A DNA stretch of 54,011 bases from a virus (Duplodnaviria > Caudoviricetes), in IMG/VR virus record IMGVR_UViG_3300033145_000425, positions 1-54,011 of that record. One strand, given 5' to 3'. Under the pieces are notes generated by a model. The model did no database searches, had not been told where the DNA came from, and saw nothing but the letters and a program-made list of their open reading frames with translations. Both the position numbers and the translations under genes were made by a program. Of this stretch, positions 20,489 through 29,419 are shown piece after piece. Positions within the stretch are counted from its first letter, which is position 1; each line of letters opens with the position of its first letter.

Positions 20489-21372
20489 GCTACTAATGTG
20501 TAAGGTTTACATGGTCTATACGCCTCGTCTTTCACCAAGCTGCCAGTCCATCTTCCCCACAGCACTATGTGATAATCCGGGCGTATAGAGGTCAGATATC
20601 TGTAAATCAAAAAAGCATCCATATATCTGTGATATGTTTCCACAATCAGTTTTGGCTTACACCGCTTTATAGTGTTCATAGCCCCTATCAGGCAGTCAAA
20701 CTCGCTGCCCTCTATGTCCAGTTTAATAATATCTATAGCCGGATTTCCATTCTCCGCGACAACAGAATCGACAGTTCTTATGTTTATATCCAGTTGTTTT
20801 CCATGCCCTTCCATTCTTCCGTGCACTGCCGACCCTTCCTTATTAAGGTGGAGTGTGTTTTTTGCATCAAGGCTACCCACCGCCTGATATATTTTTAATT
20901 TATCTTTATTCCCGAAGTTTTTGCGTAAAGCCTCCACCATAATTGGGAGTGGCTCAAAGGCAAAAACACGAGATGCACCACGATTAAAGCAATCAAAAGT
21001 ATAAAACCCCTCGAATGCTCCACCATCAATCACTACATCCCCCGGCTCTATTTGGAAAAACTGATAGGAATGTGCATTTATAGCAGGTGGGGCAAACGTG
21101 TTAAAGAACACCATTCTAATTACCTTTTCTGACACCTCTTGCGAAATATAAAGTTCGCCATCCGACCACTTGAAAGTATTCAGCCCTTGTCTCTTGCTCG
21201 GTTTGTATGAAACGCCGTGCAGCCTGCTAAAGCCGTCTACAGTTGCGCTAAGTGTAGCACCATCAGTTGTCACGCCCGTGGAAAACTTGTATAAGTCATC
21301 CGGCAGACTCACATTGGGTGGGCAATAGTCAAACTTAATATCCCCAAAACACCCCTCAGACAGCTTAGCCAT
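20482..21372 (-). CDS. FkbM-family methyltransferase
   Basis: VVIDGGAFEG, FAFEP, IKLDIEGSE..L.GA..TI....P.L. Confidence 0.9.
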   Translation of the reverse strand: MAKLSEGCFGDIKFDYCPPNVSLPDDLYKFSTGVTTDGATLSATVDGFSRLHGVSYKPSKRQGLNTFKWSDGELYISQEVSEKVIRMVFFNTFAPPAINAHSYQFFQIEPGDVVIDGGAFEGFYTFDCFNRGASRVFAFEPLPIMVEALRKNFGNKDKLKIYQAVGSLDAKNTLHLNKEGSAVHGRMEGHGKQLDINIRTVDSVVAENGNPAIDIIKLDIEGSEFDCLIGAMNTIKRCKPKLIVETYHRYMDAFLIYRYLTSIRPDYHIVLWGRWTGSLVKDEAYRPCKPYTLVAW

Positions 21373-22235
21373 TATAATCCCCCTACCGCCAACGCACCCA
21401 GCACTTGGCTATATGACATCTTTGGGATATGGGCATAGTGGCTATTCGGCGAACAGTTCACAATCTTAATCTTCTCCGGCTGATATTTAAAGTTCTTATT
21501 AAATCTTACGGTGCCTACTCCAACTCCAGTCGCTCGCTTTTCCCCTTTGAAGAACCCGGGATCATAGTACGTATCCAGCATCTTCTGTTGATTCCACCGG
21601 ATTATTTCCAGTTCCGATTTTCCTTTCATCGTTGGCTCCAAATATCCGTCTGCTCCAAAAAGTATAAGGTGCTCCACCTTTGCTTTAATCAATTCATCGA
21701 TAATGACTTCGAGTGAGATCGGATATGCTGGTCTACAAAGCAGCCTTGGCATTAGATACAGCTTATCCCGGAAGTCACCCAGCATCCAGTTTCTATCCGC
21801 CTCATTTAGCCATGTCATGGAGCATAGCGTGGTCATCAGTAAGTTCTTATTGTTGCGGAAAAGAAACTCCTTAATATCATGCACCCTAAGCGGCATATCC
21901 TGTTCCGACATGCAGAAAACAATATCGAAGCACTTGTTGACTTGGCTTAAAATTTGGTGTTCGATGGCGCTGAACCGATTAATCCCCATGTAGCAGAGGT
22001 CGAAGCTGTTAAAGCACTCGATCTGATCCTCAAGCTGCTTAATTGAGCCGCCGTTTAGCAACAGCGCTACGGTACGACCACCTATAACGTCGGTGAGTCG
22101 CTTAGTAGTTGCATCGTATTCCCGACCAATGCGCGCTTTCATGGTCGCGATTGACTTATGGTCAATGGGATATGTCCACCCTTCCGGTTTATTCAAATCA
22201 GGTGTCACGAGGAAATCTGTAGGTTTCTTGCTCAT
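21372..22235 (-). CDS. DUF115/Maf/CST-like putative sugar transferase
   Basis: LLLNGGSI, MGINRF, LILFGADG and IVNCSP motifs. Confidence 0.6.
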   Translation of the reverse strand: MSKKPTDFLVTPDLNKPEGWTYPIDHKSIATMKARIGREYDATTKRLTDVIGGRTVALLLNGGSIKQLEDQIECFNSFDLCYMGINRFSAIEHQILSQVNKCFDIVFCMSEQDMPLRVHDIKEFLFRNNKNLLMTTLCSMTWLNEADRNWMLGDFRDKLYLMPRLLCRPAYPISLEVIIDELIKAKVEHLILFGADGYLEPTMKGKSELEIIRWNQQKMLDTYYDPGFFKGEKRATGVGVGTVRFNKNFKYQPEKIKIVNCSPNSHYAHIPKMSYSQVLGALAVGGL

Positions 22236-23371
22236 GGGAACTCCTTACACATAGGGTCATCAGTATTTACGAATAACTTCTCACATTGAATATTATAATC
22301 ACCAATGCAGCACCGCGTTTTACATTTCTCGGGCGTATCGCCGTATAACAGTTGCCTATGCTTCTTCCCGCCCCAGATATCAGCTATTAACTGCGGATCC
22401 CCCGCACATGACCCCAGGCAATACTCCGGCCTGTAGAATTGGTCGTCACAGAAATAAACATTGGCATCCGGCGCAATATGTATCTTCAACGGTGCCCCAT
22501 AACATTGCCCAAACGGCTTGGAATGCGTGAAGTCCGCATTGAACTTGTGCATGACCGTGAACACGTTAAACTTGTCTGTAGCGAGCTTATGACACTCCTC
22601 GAACTGCTCAAATATGAGCTTCTGGTCGAACTCATCCACTTTGGTCTTATGGTTCTTCATACCCTGGTGCATCGTGTCCATTGGACGTACAATAAAGTCA
22701 TGTACGCCAATTTTCTTCGCTTTCTTACACGCAGTGAGTATCTCGTGCTGGTTCAACGGTGATATCAGAAATTTGTACCCCACCGAACAGTTCACTGAAC
22801 GCCTCACCATGTCCTGTAGATTCCACATCACCCACGAGAACAAGTCCTTGCCCTTTATCTTCTCGTATGTCTCGCTGGTGCCAGCATCCACACTTATCCC
22901 CACCCATCTTACATGCCTGCCAATAAGTTTGCTGTAGTCGTCATTATCATACGTACCATTACTAAGTAGCCCGGTGGTCAATCCCATCTCCGCGGCGTAC
23001 CCTATAATGCGCCCAAACATTGGATGCTGGGTCGGTTCACCACCACCTGCCCAGCAAATACTCTTTACGCCCCACCCCTCAAGGTAGTCAATTAGCTTAT
23101 ACACAAACTCCACCTCAAGCTCGTCCTTATGGCGACGATACATAGCCGAGTTACACCATGCACAATTCAGATTGCATTTGAGCGTCAGGTCGATACGGGC
23201 CTCTATCGGTGGCAGAAGCATATATCTCTTCGCTATCCGCTTGTAGTGTTCTGCGTAGAGCAGCCCTTTCCAGTTGTTGAAGCTATTGAACGTGTTCTTA
23301 TCAGACCATTCCCGGATGAATGTTTCGCTACCCTTATGTCCGTGATGCCCTGTGTGTCTTTCCTGTATCAT
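22232..23371 (-). CDS. Radical SAM protein with SPASM/twitch domain
   Basis: CNLNCAWC (CxxxCxxC), GGGEP, ISVDAG; C-terminal CYG...CDD...CKTRCC. Confidence 0.92.
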   Translation of the reverse strand: MIQERHTGHHGHKGSETFIREWSDKNTFNSFNNWKGLLYAEHYKRIAKRYMLLPPIEARIDLTLKCNLNCAWCNSAMYRRHKDELEVEFVYKLIDYLEGWGVKSICWAGGGEPTQHPMFGRIIGYAAEMGLTTGLLSNGTYDNDDYSKLIGRHVRWVGISVDAGTSETYEKIKGKDLFSWVMWNLQDMVRRSVNCSVGYKFLISPLNQHEILTACKKAKKIGVHDFIVRPMDTMHQGMKNHKTKVDEFDQKLIFEQFEECHKLATDKFNVFTVMHKFNADFTHSKPFGQCYGAPLKIHIAPDANVYFCDDQFYRPEYCLGSCAGDPQLIADIWGGKKHRQLLYGDTPEKCKTRCCIGDYNIQCEKLFVNTDDPMCKEFP

Positions 23372-23386
23372 GCCCTTTTCCTTGAA

Positions 23387-24037
23387 TTACGTTTGTCTTG
23401 AGCGTATTACAGGCAGTATACCTCTACCTGCGGGGTCTCTTCCGCACAATTCCCCGTGCAGGTTTAGAAACTCAATATGTCCACATACATGCACATCAAT
23501 CCCCTTTGTATTTAATCCATAGAATCGCTTTCTCCACCACTCTATAGGCATTACCGTCTTATGTATACCAAGATTGGCAGTGCTGGGTATTGTTGCGATG
23601 CAGTGGAATGTTTTCACTCGGGTAATTCGATATATTTCTTTTATTGATGCCATAACTGTCTCCGTTATGAGATGCTCCATTACATCAAATGAGAACGTAT
23701 AGTCGAAGGCATTATCATCGAACGGCATATCCCACAAGGGTGCTTCTGTAAATGAGCAGGCAGGAATAAACTCATCGTACTCATGCCCGGTCTTGCGTTT
23801 AGAGTTAAGCCCAGCCAACGATATATCTACCCCAGTGCAATTACGTCCATGGCTGCATATTACCCGCGTAGGGTCGCCGTGCCCACAACCTATATCCAGA
23901 AGTTTGTCGTCTGTTTGGGATGTAGCCACTATATACCCCACTATTTCACGCCAGTATCCAGTTGTATCGCAATACTCATTGTTATACATATAATCGTATA
24001 AGTGTTTTTCATACTCGCCATGTTTTTCCTGTGTCAT
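23387..24037 (-). CDS. Class I SAM-dependent methyltransferase
   Basis: LLDIGCGHG, GVDIS, MPFDDNAFDYTFSFDVMEH. Confidence 0.9.
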   Translation of the reverse strand: MTQEKHGEYEKHLYDYMYNNEYCDTTGYWREIVGYIVATSQTDDKLLDIGCGHGDPTRVICSHGRNCTGVDISLAGLNSKRKTGHEYDEFIPACSFTEAPLWDMPFDDNAFDYTFSFDVMEHLITETVMASIKEIYRITRVKTFHCIATIPSTANLGIHKTVMPIEWWRKRFYGLNTKGIDVHVCGHIEFLNLHGELCGRDPAGRGILPVIRSRQT

Positions 24038-24897
24038 GGGAATGTCTCCCTCTCCCGGTGCATCCCCATAGCAACATAGTTCTTACCAGTGACGAGGTGG
24101 CGTGACTCCTCCTGTGCTTTGGCTAAATCGCCAATCAAATCAAAGTTAAGTCCCCAGTGGTATCCGCGTTTCCCCCTCTCGTGCAACATATCCTTCTCTC
24201 TTTTTGTAGAGCCGTCTGTTCTGCTTTTTTTGCTTACCTCGTCCTCAGTCTCCTTTGTATGCGGCGCCCAATGGTCTATCAGTATTTCCGGGCAATACCA
24301 TACAAGACTGTAAAATCTCGCAACCGCTATGAATTCCACTTCCCAAACAACACGTTTATAGTCCGGGCAAAATATTGGCTTGTCTGGGTGCGCTTTATAG
24401 TGGTTTTTTATCACCCCGGAACCTATGAAGTGTGGGTTTCCGTATGAACTCTGCCATGGCCAGTGTTTTGGGTTATTTGCTATTTTTATACCAAGAATTC
24501 CATTATATGACACTATCTTTGGATGATGTTTGTCCCTTTTAGGGAATCTCAGCATCATAGTGTTTGCAGCAAGGGTGTATGTATCTTCATATACACCTAC
24601 ATCATCCCACAACCATTCAAACATGTCTGCTTCCGATGTTCTGAAGAACTCACCTATCATAAGAGGTGCTTTGGTATTATAGTCCTTAACTACCTCGATA
24701 TTGTACCACCCGTTGTTGCCAAAGCGCTTAAAAAAGAAGTCCTTCTCTTCTTCCGTATCGACCCAGTGAGTTAGATTTATGGATTCCATCTCCTTAACAT
24801 TAGCGAATGCGTGGTTTCTCGCTGCAATGACTCTCATCAGATTGCCTTGCGCCATAGTCTGTCTCTGAAAACTTCTAAAAAGTATCTGTAGTTTCAT
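24034..24897 (-). CDS. Divergent GT-A fold glycosyltransferase, paralogue of the adjacent GT2
   Basis: WLWDD; FCPDY..H and KRGYHWG align by eye with YCPEY..HFHP and AKGYLWG of 24908-25651. Confidence 0.55.
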   Translation of the reverse strand: MKLQILFRSFQRQTMAQGNLMRVIAARNHAFANVKEMESINLTHWVDTEEEKDFFFKRFGNNGWYNIEVVKDYNTKAPLMIGEFFRTSEADMFEWLWDDVGVYEDTYTLAANTMMLRFPKRDKHHPKIVSYNGILGIKIANNPKHWPWQSSYGNPHFIGSGVIKNHYKAHPDKPIFCPDYKRVVWEVEFIAVARFYSLVWYCPEILIDHWAPHTKETEDEVSKKSRTDGSTKREKDMLHERGKRGYHWGLNFDLIGDLAKAQEESRHLVTGKNYVAMGMHRERETFP

Positions 24898-24907
24898 TCC
24901 ATCTCCT

Positions 24908-25651
24908 TTATCGTATTCCTACTATATTAAGGTCTTTCCCCCACAAATATCCCTTTGCCTGCCGGGCTTTCCATATTTCATTATCCCACTTCTGCTTCTC
25001 ACCACGGTTTGCATAATGTGTATCATCCAAAGTCCCACCCGGGGCATTTGGATGAAAATGCTGCATTCTGGCTTCCTCACAAAAGGCAAATTTATTTACG
25101 AGTTTAGAATACATGCCCATTTCGGTATCAACATAGAACCGATAGTATTCAGGGCAATAAGCCTGTCCATCGGGGAATCGTTTATGAAATTTTCTACCTA
25201 CGAGTCTGAATCCATATTGGGTAATCGCCTCCGGCCAACTTGGGGGATAATTAGTGACATTGAGCCCAATAAGCCCATCGCCGTCCGGGAAGTGTTTATG
25301 TAGGGCATTGGCCGCATTGACAAGACAATCTACATCCAGAGCACAGTCATCACAGAGAAAAAGGATTAGCCCTGCATCACTCTGTTTAACAAAGTTATTC
25401 CAACACGTACTCACCTTGCTATAATCGGTCTGCTGGATAACTACACGGGCATCATGCCTGAACTGTTTGCTATATCTGGGCATTTCGTTGAAATCCGTCC
25501 ATAGGATATGCACACGAACATTTGGGTATCTACCGTTCAGGATGGACTCCACACAGACCGTCAATTTCTCTGGTCGATGAAGTGTGGGTATTGCAATGTC
25601 AATTCTTTTCACCCTACTCTCCTTTTGTTGACATAATGGCAAAGCAACCAT
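24908..25651 (-). CDS. Glycosyltransferase family 2
   Basis: IAIPTLHRPEKL..CVESIL, LFLCDDC, YVDTE. Confidence 0.85.
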   Translation of the reverse strand: MVALPLCQQKESRVKRIDIAIPTLHRPEKLTVCVESILNGRYPNVRVHILWTDFNEMPRYSKQFRHDARVVIQQTDYSKVSTCWNNFVKQSDAGLILFLCDDCALDVDCLVNAANALHKHFPDGDGLIGLNVTNYPPSWPEAITQYGFRLVGRKFHKRFPDGQAYCPEYYRFYVDTEMGMYSKLVNKFAFCEEARMQHFHPNAPGGTLDDTHYANRGEKQKWDNEIWKARQAKGYLWGKDLNIVGIR

Positions 25652-26181
25652 AATTCTTCTGGATTAACAATATGTGTATCTACTTTTTTATTATTTTGTT
25701 CCTTAAATTTCTTTTTCCACCATTGAATGGGCGCGATAGTTAAATGCACATTCGGATAATTTGGGTCATCGATTGTTGCGATGCAATGGAATGTTTCTAC
25801 TCGGGTAATTCGGTATATTTCTTTTATTGTTGCTTCCACCATTGTTGGAGGTATATGTTCCAGAACATCGACAGAGAAAGTGTAATCAAAAAAACTATCG
25901 TCAAACGGCATATCCCACAAGGGTGCTTCATAAAATGCCGAAGCTACTACTTCTGATGGTAAGCCACGTCGGGTAATATCTATACCTTTACAGTTGAAAC
26001 CACGTTCCCTAAGCCATAAAACGGTACTGCCGTGACCCGTGCCCATATCAAGTATATGGTCTCCTTTACGCGCCGTGTTTTTTATGAACTCGGCTGCATC
26101 TATTGCATAACCAGTGCGGGGATATGACCCTTCATATAACTCTAAATATTTCCTTCTCTCTTGTTCGGTTAATGAAAACAT
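25609..26181 (-). CDS. Class I SAM-dependent methyltransferase
   Basis: ILDMGTGHG, GIDIT, MPFDDSFFDYTFSVDVLEHI. Confidence 0.9.
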   Translation of the reverse strand: MFSLTEQERRKYLELYEGSYPRTGYAIDAAEFIKNTARKGDHILDMGTGHGSTVLWLRERGFNCKGIDITRRGLPSEVVASAFYEAPLWDMPFDDSFFDYTFSVDVLEHIPPTMVEATIKEIYRITRVETFHCIATIDDPNYPNVHLTIAPIQWWKKKFKEQNNKKVDTHIVNPEELWLLCHYVNKRRVG

Positions 26182-26915
26182 AGATAAGTTCCTCCGTGAG
26201 ATAAATCAGGCACATGCCTGGGATCCCTTTCGTGTATTTTCAGATGCCTTGCTAATTTTTCCTTATTATCAAAAACCCTACCGCATGTGCATTTAACCTC
26301 AATGTCTATTTCCTGCTTTTTTTTTTCATACAATATAAGAAATTCCGCGCAGTCAACTACTAACCACTTAATACTATTCACATTACGCCGACCGAACATT
26401 CCTCTCCACCAGTTCACCGGCTTCACGGTTAGATGCAACCCTTCTTTACAGCCACTCGGTTGTGTACTCACCACATGAAGTGTCTGCTTGCTCGTAACCC
26501 GGTATATCTCTGCGATAACATCTGGTATTAACTCTGGCGGTATATGTTCCAACACGTCCGCCGAGAATGTATAATCAAACTCATTATCCTTGAACGGGAG
26601 TGCCCACAGGGGGGCTTCGGTAAACATTTTAGAAAAGGTACTCTCATTAACACTGGACTTTACGCCCACGAGAGTTATATCCACACCGAAAATGCTACAT
26701 TTATTCTGTCGCAAATAGTCCACTGCCACACCGCGCCCACATCCCATATCCAGTATTTTATCACCCGGTTTAGCTGTCCACCGCACGTACTCGCTAATAT
26801 GCTTCTGGTAGCCGGTAGAGCCGTACTTCTGCGCATGTAACCGCATATATTTACCATGCTCAGCCTGTTCAATCTGTTTAAGTTTAGTGGATTCCACCCT
26901 CACTCCTCCGTTCAA
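26169..26915 (-). CDS. Class I SAM-dependent methyltransferase with C-terminal C2H2-like zinc finger
   Basis: ILDMGCGRG, LPFKDNEFDYTFSADVLEHI; CTCGRVFDNKEKLARHLKIH. Confidence 0.88.
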   Translation of the reverse strand: MNGGVRVESTKLKQIEQAEHGKYMRLHAQKYGSTGYQKHISEYVRWTAKPGDKILDMGCGRGVAVDYLRQNKCSIFGVDITLVGVKSSVNESTFSKMFTEAPLWALPFKDNEFDYTFSADVLEHIPPELIPDVIAEIYRVTSKQTLHVVSTQPSGCKEGLHLTVKPVNWWRGMFGRRNVNSIKWLVVDCAEFLILYEKKKQEIDIEVKCTCGRVFDNKEKLARHLKIHERDPRHVPDLSHGGTYLCFH

Positions 26916-27234
26916 TATCTACACCATCATACTTATAATCATATATTTCTATACATTTAACATCAGTGATAGCACTAAATTTATGCCAGGTGCCTAATGG
27001 AATCTCAAATTGCCGGACATCATCCAAGATTACTATAGTACATCCAGGTTTATCTAACCCCCATAGGGTCAGTTTAAGCCGACCGGCAATGAGATAGAAG
27101 ATATTACTTTTCTGTGCATGGCGATGTTCCGAACAATATCCACCCTTTTTAATCTCCAAGTAGTGTGTGGATGTCGTGCCATTACGAAATAGTTCGGTCG
27201 TCTGTCCCCATACTTTTTCTTCTGGCTGCATCAT
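26884..27234 (-). CDS. Cupin-domain protein (sugar isomerase/epimerase-like)
   Basis: EKVWG, CSEHRH..K.N.FY, IPLGTWHKF. Confidence 0.8.
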   Translation of the reverse strand: MMQPEEKVWGQTTELFRNGTTSTHYLEIKKGGYCSEHRHAQKSNIFYLIAGRLKLTLWGLDKPGCTIVILDDVRQFEIPLGTWHKFSAITDVKCIEIYDYKYDGVDIERRSEGGIH

Positions 27235-29348
27235 TTTCCACCATACCCCGCCATGAACATCGGTCTGGCCATAACAACTGCATCCTCTTTACCATTGCTT
27301 TTATTCACGGCTGCAAACTGGTCTATCCACCACTCAATAGGTTTCACAGTCATATGCAAAACCACACCATTCAATATACCATCAAACAGAGCCACCACAT
27401 TAAATGTCTTCCGTTTCGTTATTCTGAATATTTCCTTAATCGATGCCGATATCTTCTCCGTCGGTACATGCTCCAAAACGTCCGTAGATACCGTGTAATC
27501 GAATTGGTTATCATCGAACGGCATATCCCATACCGGAGCCCCGAAGATGCCGTGTAGGCCGTGTGGCACTCCCTCCAGTGATATATCCACGCCCATACAG
27601 TCAACACCCGCTTCCCGGAGCCCTATCACCGAAGTACAATCGCCACAGCCAATATCCAATACTTTATCACCTTTATTCATTGTTTTTAACACATGCTGGA
27701 TTAAGGGTTGGGCGCACTTCGATGGTCCCACATAATGCCCCTTATAGCTTAGCGACCAGCAATCATCGTACTTTTTCTTTTCCCTCTCTACAACCGGGTC
27801 TTTAATGCCAACTTTATTCCGATACATTCTACTTGCCTGTCTTTGCTCAATCACCGGATACCCCTCCTCCATCATAAGATCATAAATCTGACAATAGGAA
27901 GCAGGTATATTATAAAATTTCAACTGGCTTTCCCATTTACTGAGCACATCCGCCATCGTCTGCATTTCGATGCGATCAGGATGCTCTTCATTTAAACGCA
28001 CCCACGTATGAACAAATCTTCTAACCTTGTCGATGTTCTTCAGATATATTACCGCATTGGCAAGCTGTTTATCCGTTCTGCGCCCGTGTGTATACTTTTT
28101 CCAATCAATTTTATGCACCCCAAGATCAAAATCAGCATTGTCAAATATGGCAGGGTACTGATGTATAGATGAATCCACATCCAGCCACAGAATATTCCGT
28201 TTGGGATACTTCTCCATCATCCCAGCGATAAATTTAGCCTTGTACTGCGTGTTCTTTTGCCAAGAACCAAAACTCGATATGCCCTGTATGTCGTGCTCAA
28301 GTCCAAATAAGTGCAATTCCTTGATTAGGCGGTCCGCCTCTTTCTTATAACCGGTCTCACGTGTATAAAATGACACCACTATAGGTCTGTCAGGTTTATT
28401 AGAAAGTACCGTCCGCAGATCACCGAATGGGAAACACTTCAATCCAGACTTCCGGTTAAGATTTACTACTTTGATTCCAGCCTTTGCCAATACCGGTGCG
28501 AATCCTGTGATTTCCTTAATATACTTTGCGTAAACACTTTCGCCATAATCTAAGGGATACCCGGAGTGCCACCATTTCTGTTTACCGCTCTTATTTCCCT
28601 GCATATCAAAGCCCAGCAGATAAATTTCCTTTACACCCAACGCTGCTGCGAGATTCAGTGCACCGTAGCCGGAGTTATTTTTGAATGATAAATGCTTCGT
28701 AGTGCCAATCCTGTGATCTGTTCTGGAATCCACGCCAATTAAAGAGAAATCTGTGGGATAAATTGTCTTGGAGAGAGACATCCACGCCTTAAAACCCTTA
28801 TAAGACTCAAACTTCTTTCTGGACGCTTCCCCAAGTTTACCGAGCACGGCCCACCCAAACAACTGCGGGTCAACCCCAAATAGAATGCTGGGGTCAAGTA
28901 GTTCATAAGCACGATTAATACCAATTACAAGCTCGCCAGCTAAGCCATCAAGGTTGCACCGCTTCAGGCTTGGTCCACCCCCTATAATAAAACACCTTCT
29001 GCCTTTCCATGTGCCATCGGGGACATAGTTCGCAAAGATTTCTGGCCCAAGTGATGCCCGCTGCTCCTGCATCCGCAGTTTACGAGCCGCCATTACAGGT
29101 TTGCGACCAGCGGCGGCGGCGGCTAATTTACGAGCGGCTGCCTTTCGTCTCGGTAAATCACTTATAGTAAGTATCTTTGCCGGGGGTATATCGGGTAGCA
29201 ACTCAATAGGCTTTATTCTCCGCCCACGAGAAGGCAGGTTGCTTATAGTTATTAACTTTGGTTCTAATTCAGCCTTTTGTTTTACCATTTGCTCCTCAGT
29301 AGGTCGCTTACGTTCCCCTTTTTTCCGCATATCGGACATTCTCAGCAT
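27231..29348 (-). CDS. Tri-domain enzyme: DUF115/Maf-like transferase + nucleotide-diphospho-sugar GT + class I methyltransferase, with basic disordered N-tail
   Basis: CFIIGGGPSL..IGINR..NSGYGAL..IYLLGFDM; VSFYT..KAKFI..ILWLDVDS (DxD); VLDIGCG..MPFDDNQFDYTVSTDVLEH. Confidence 0.8.
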   Translation of the reverse strand: MLRMSDMRKKGERKRPTEEQMVKQKAELEPKLITISNLPSRGRRIKPIELLPDIPPAKILTISDLPRRKAAARKLAAAAAGRKPVMAARKLRMQEQRASLGPEIFANYVPDGTWKGRRCFIIGGGPSLKRCNLDGLAGELVIGINRAYELLDPSILFGVDPQLFGWAVLGKLGEASRKKFESYKGFKAWMSLSKTIYPTDFSLIGVDSRTDHRIGTTKHLSFKNNSGYGALNLAAALGVKEIYLLGFDMQGNKSGKQKWWHSGYPLDYGESVYAKYIKEITGFAPVLAKAGIKVVNLNRKSGLKCFPFGDLRTVLSNKPDRPIVVSFYTRETGYKKEADRLIKELHLFGLEHDIQGISSFGSWQKNTQYKAKFIAGMMEKYPKRNILWLDVDSSIHQYPAIFDNADFDLGVHKIDWKKYTHGRRTDKQLANAVIYLKNIDKVRRFVHTWVRLNEEHPDRIEMQTMADVLSKWESQLKFYNIPASYCQIYDLMMEEGYPVIEQRQASRMYRNKVGIKDPVVEREKKKYDDCWSLSYKGHYVGPSKCAQPLIQHVLKTMNKGDKVLDIGCGDCTSVIGLREAGVDCMGVDISLEGVPHGLHGIFGAPVWDMPFDDNQFDYTVSTDVLEHVPTEKISASIKEIFRITKRKTFNVVALFDGILNGVVLHMTVKPIEWWIDQFAAVNKSNGKEDAVVMARPMFMAGYGGK

Positions 29349-29362
29349 ATTTGCTCCATTTA

Positions 29363-29396
29363 TAAAACAGGGGAGCCGGTGGTGGCGACCCCCCTG
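29363..29396 (-). terminator. Intrinsic terminator after the major capsid gene
   Basis: CAGGGGGGTCG-N7-CGGCTCCCCTG stem followed by TTTTAT. Confidence 0.6.
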
Positions 29397-29419
29397 CCGG
29401 GCATTGCGTTGTAAAAAAC

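Noticed and set aside
23589-25929. Diversity-generating retroelement TR/VR pair
   Set aside because: No reverse transcriptase; mismatches are not adenine-specific; both copies are coding paralogues
18160-29348. Host O-antigen locus contamination or serotype-conversion cassette
   Set aside because: Genes are contiguous and co-oriented with capsid and adaptor genes, with no wzx/wzy/gtrAB-type membrane proteins, IS or att scars seen
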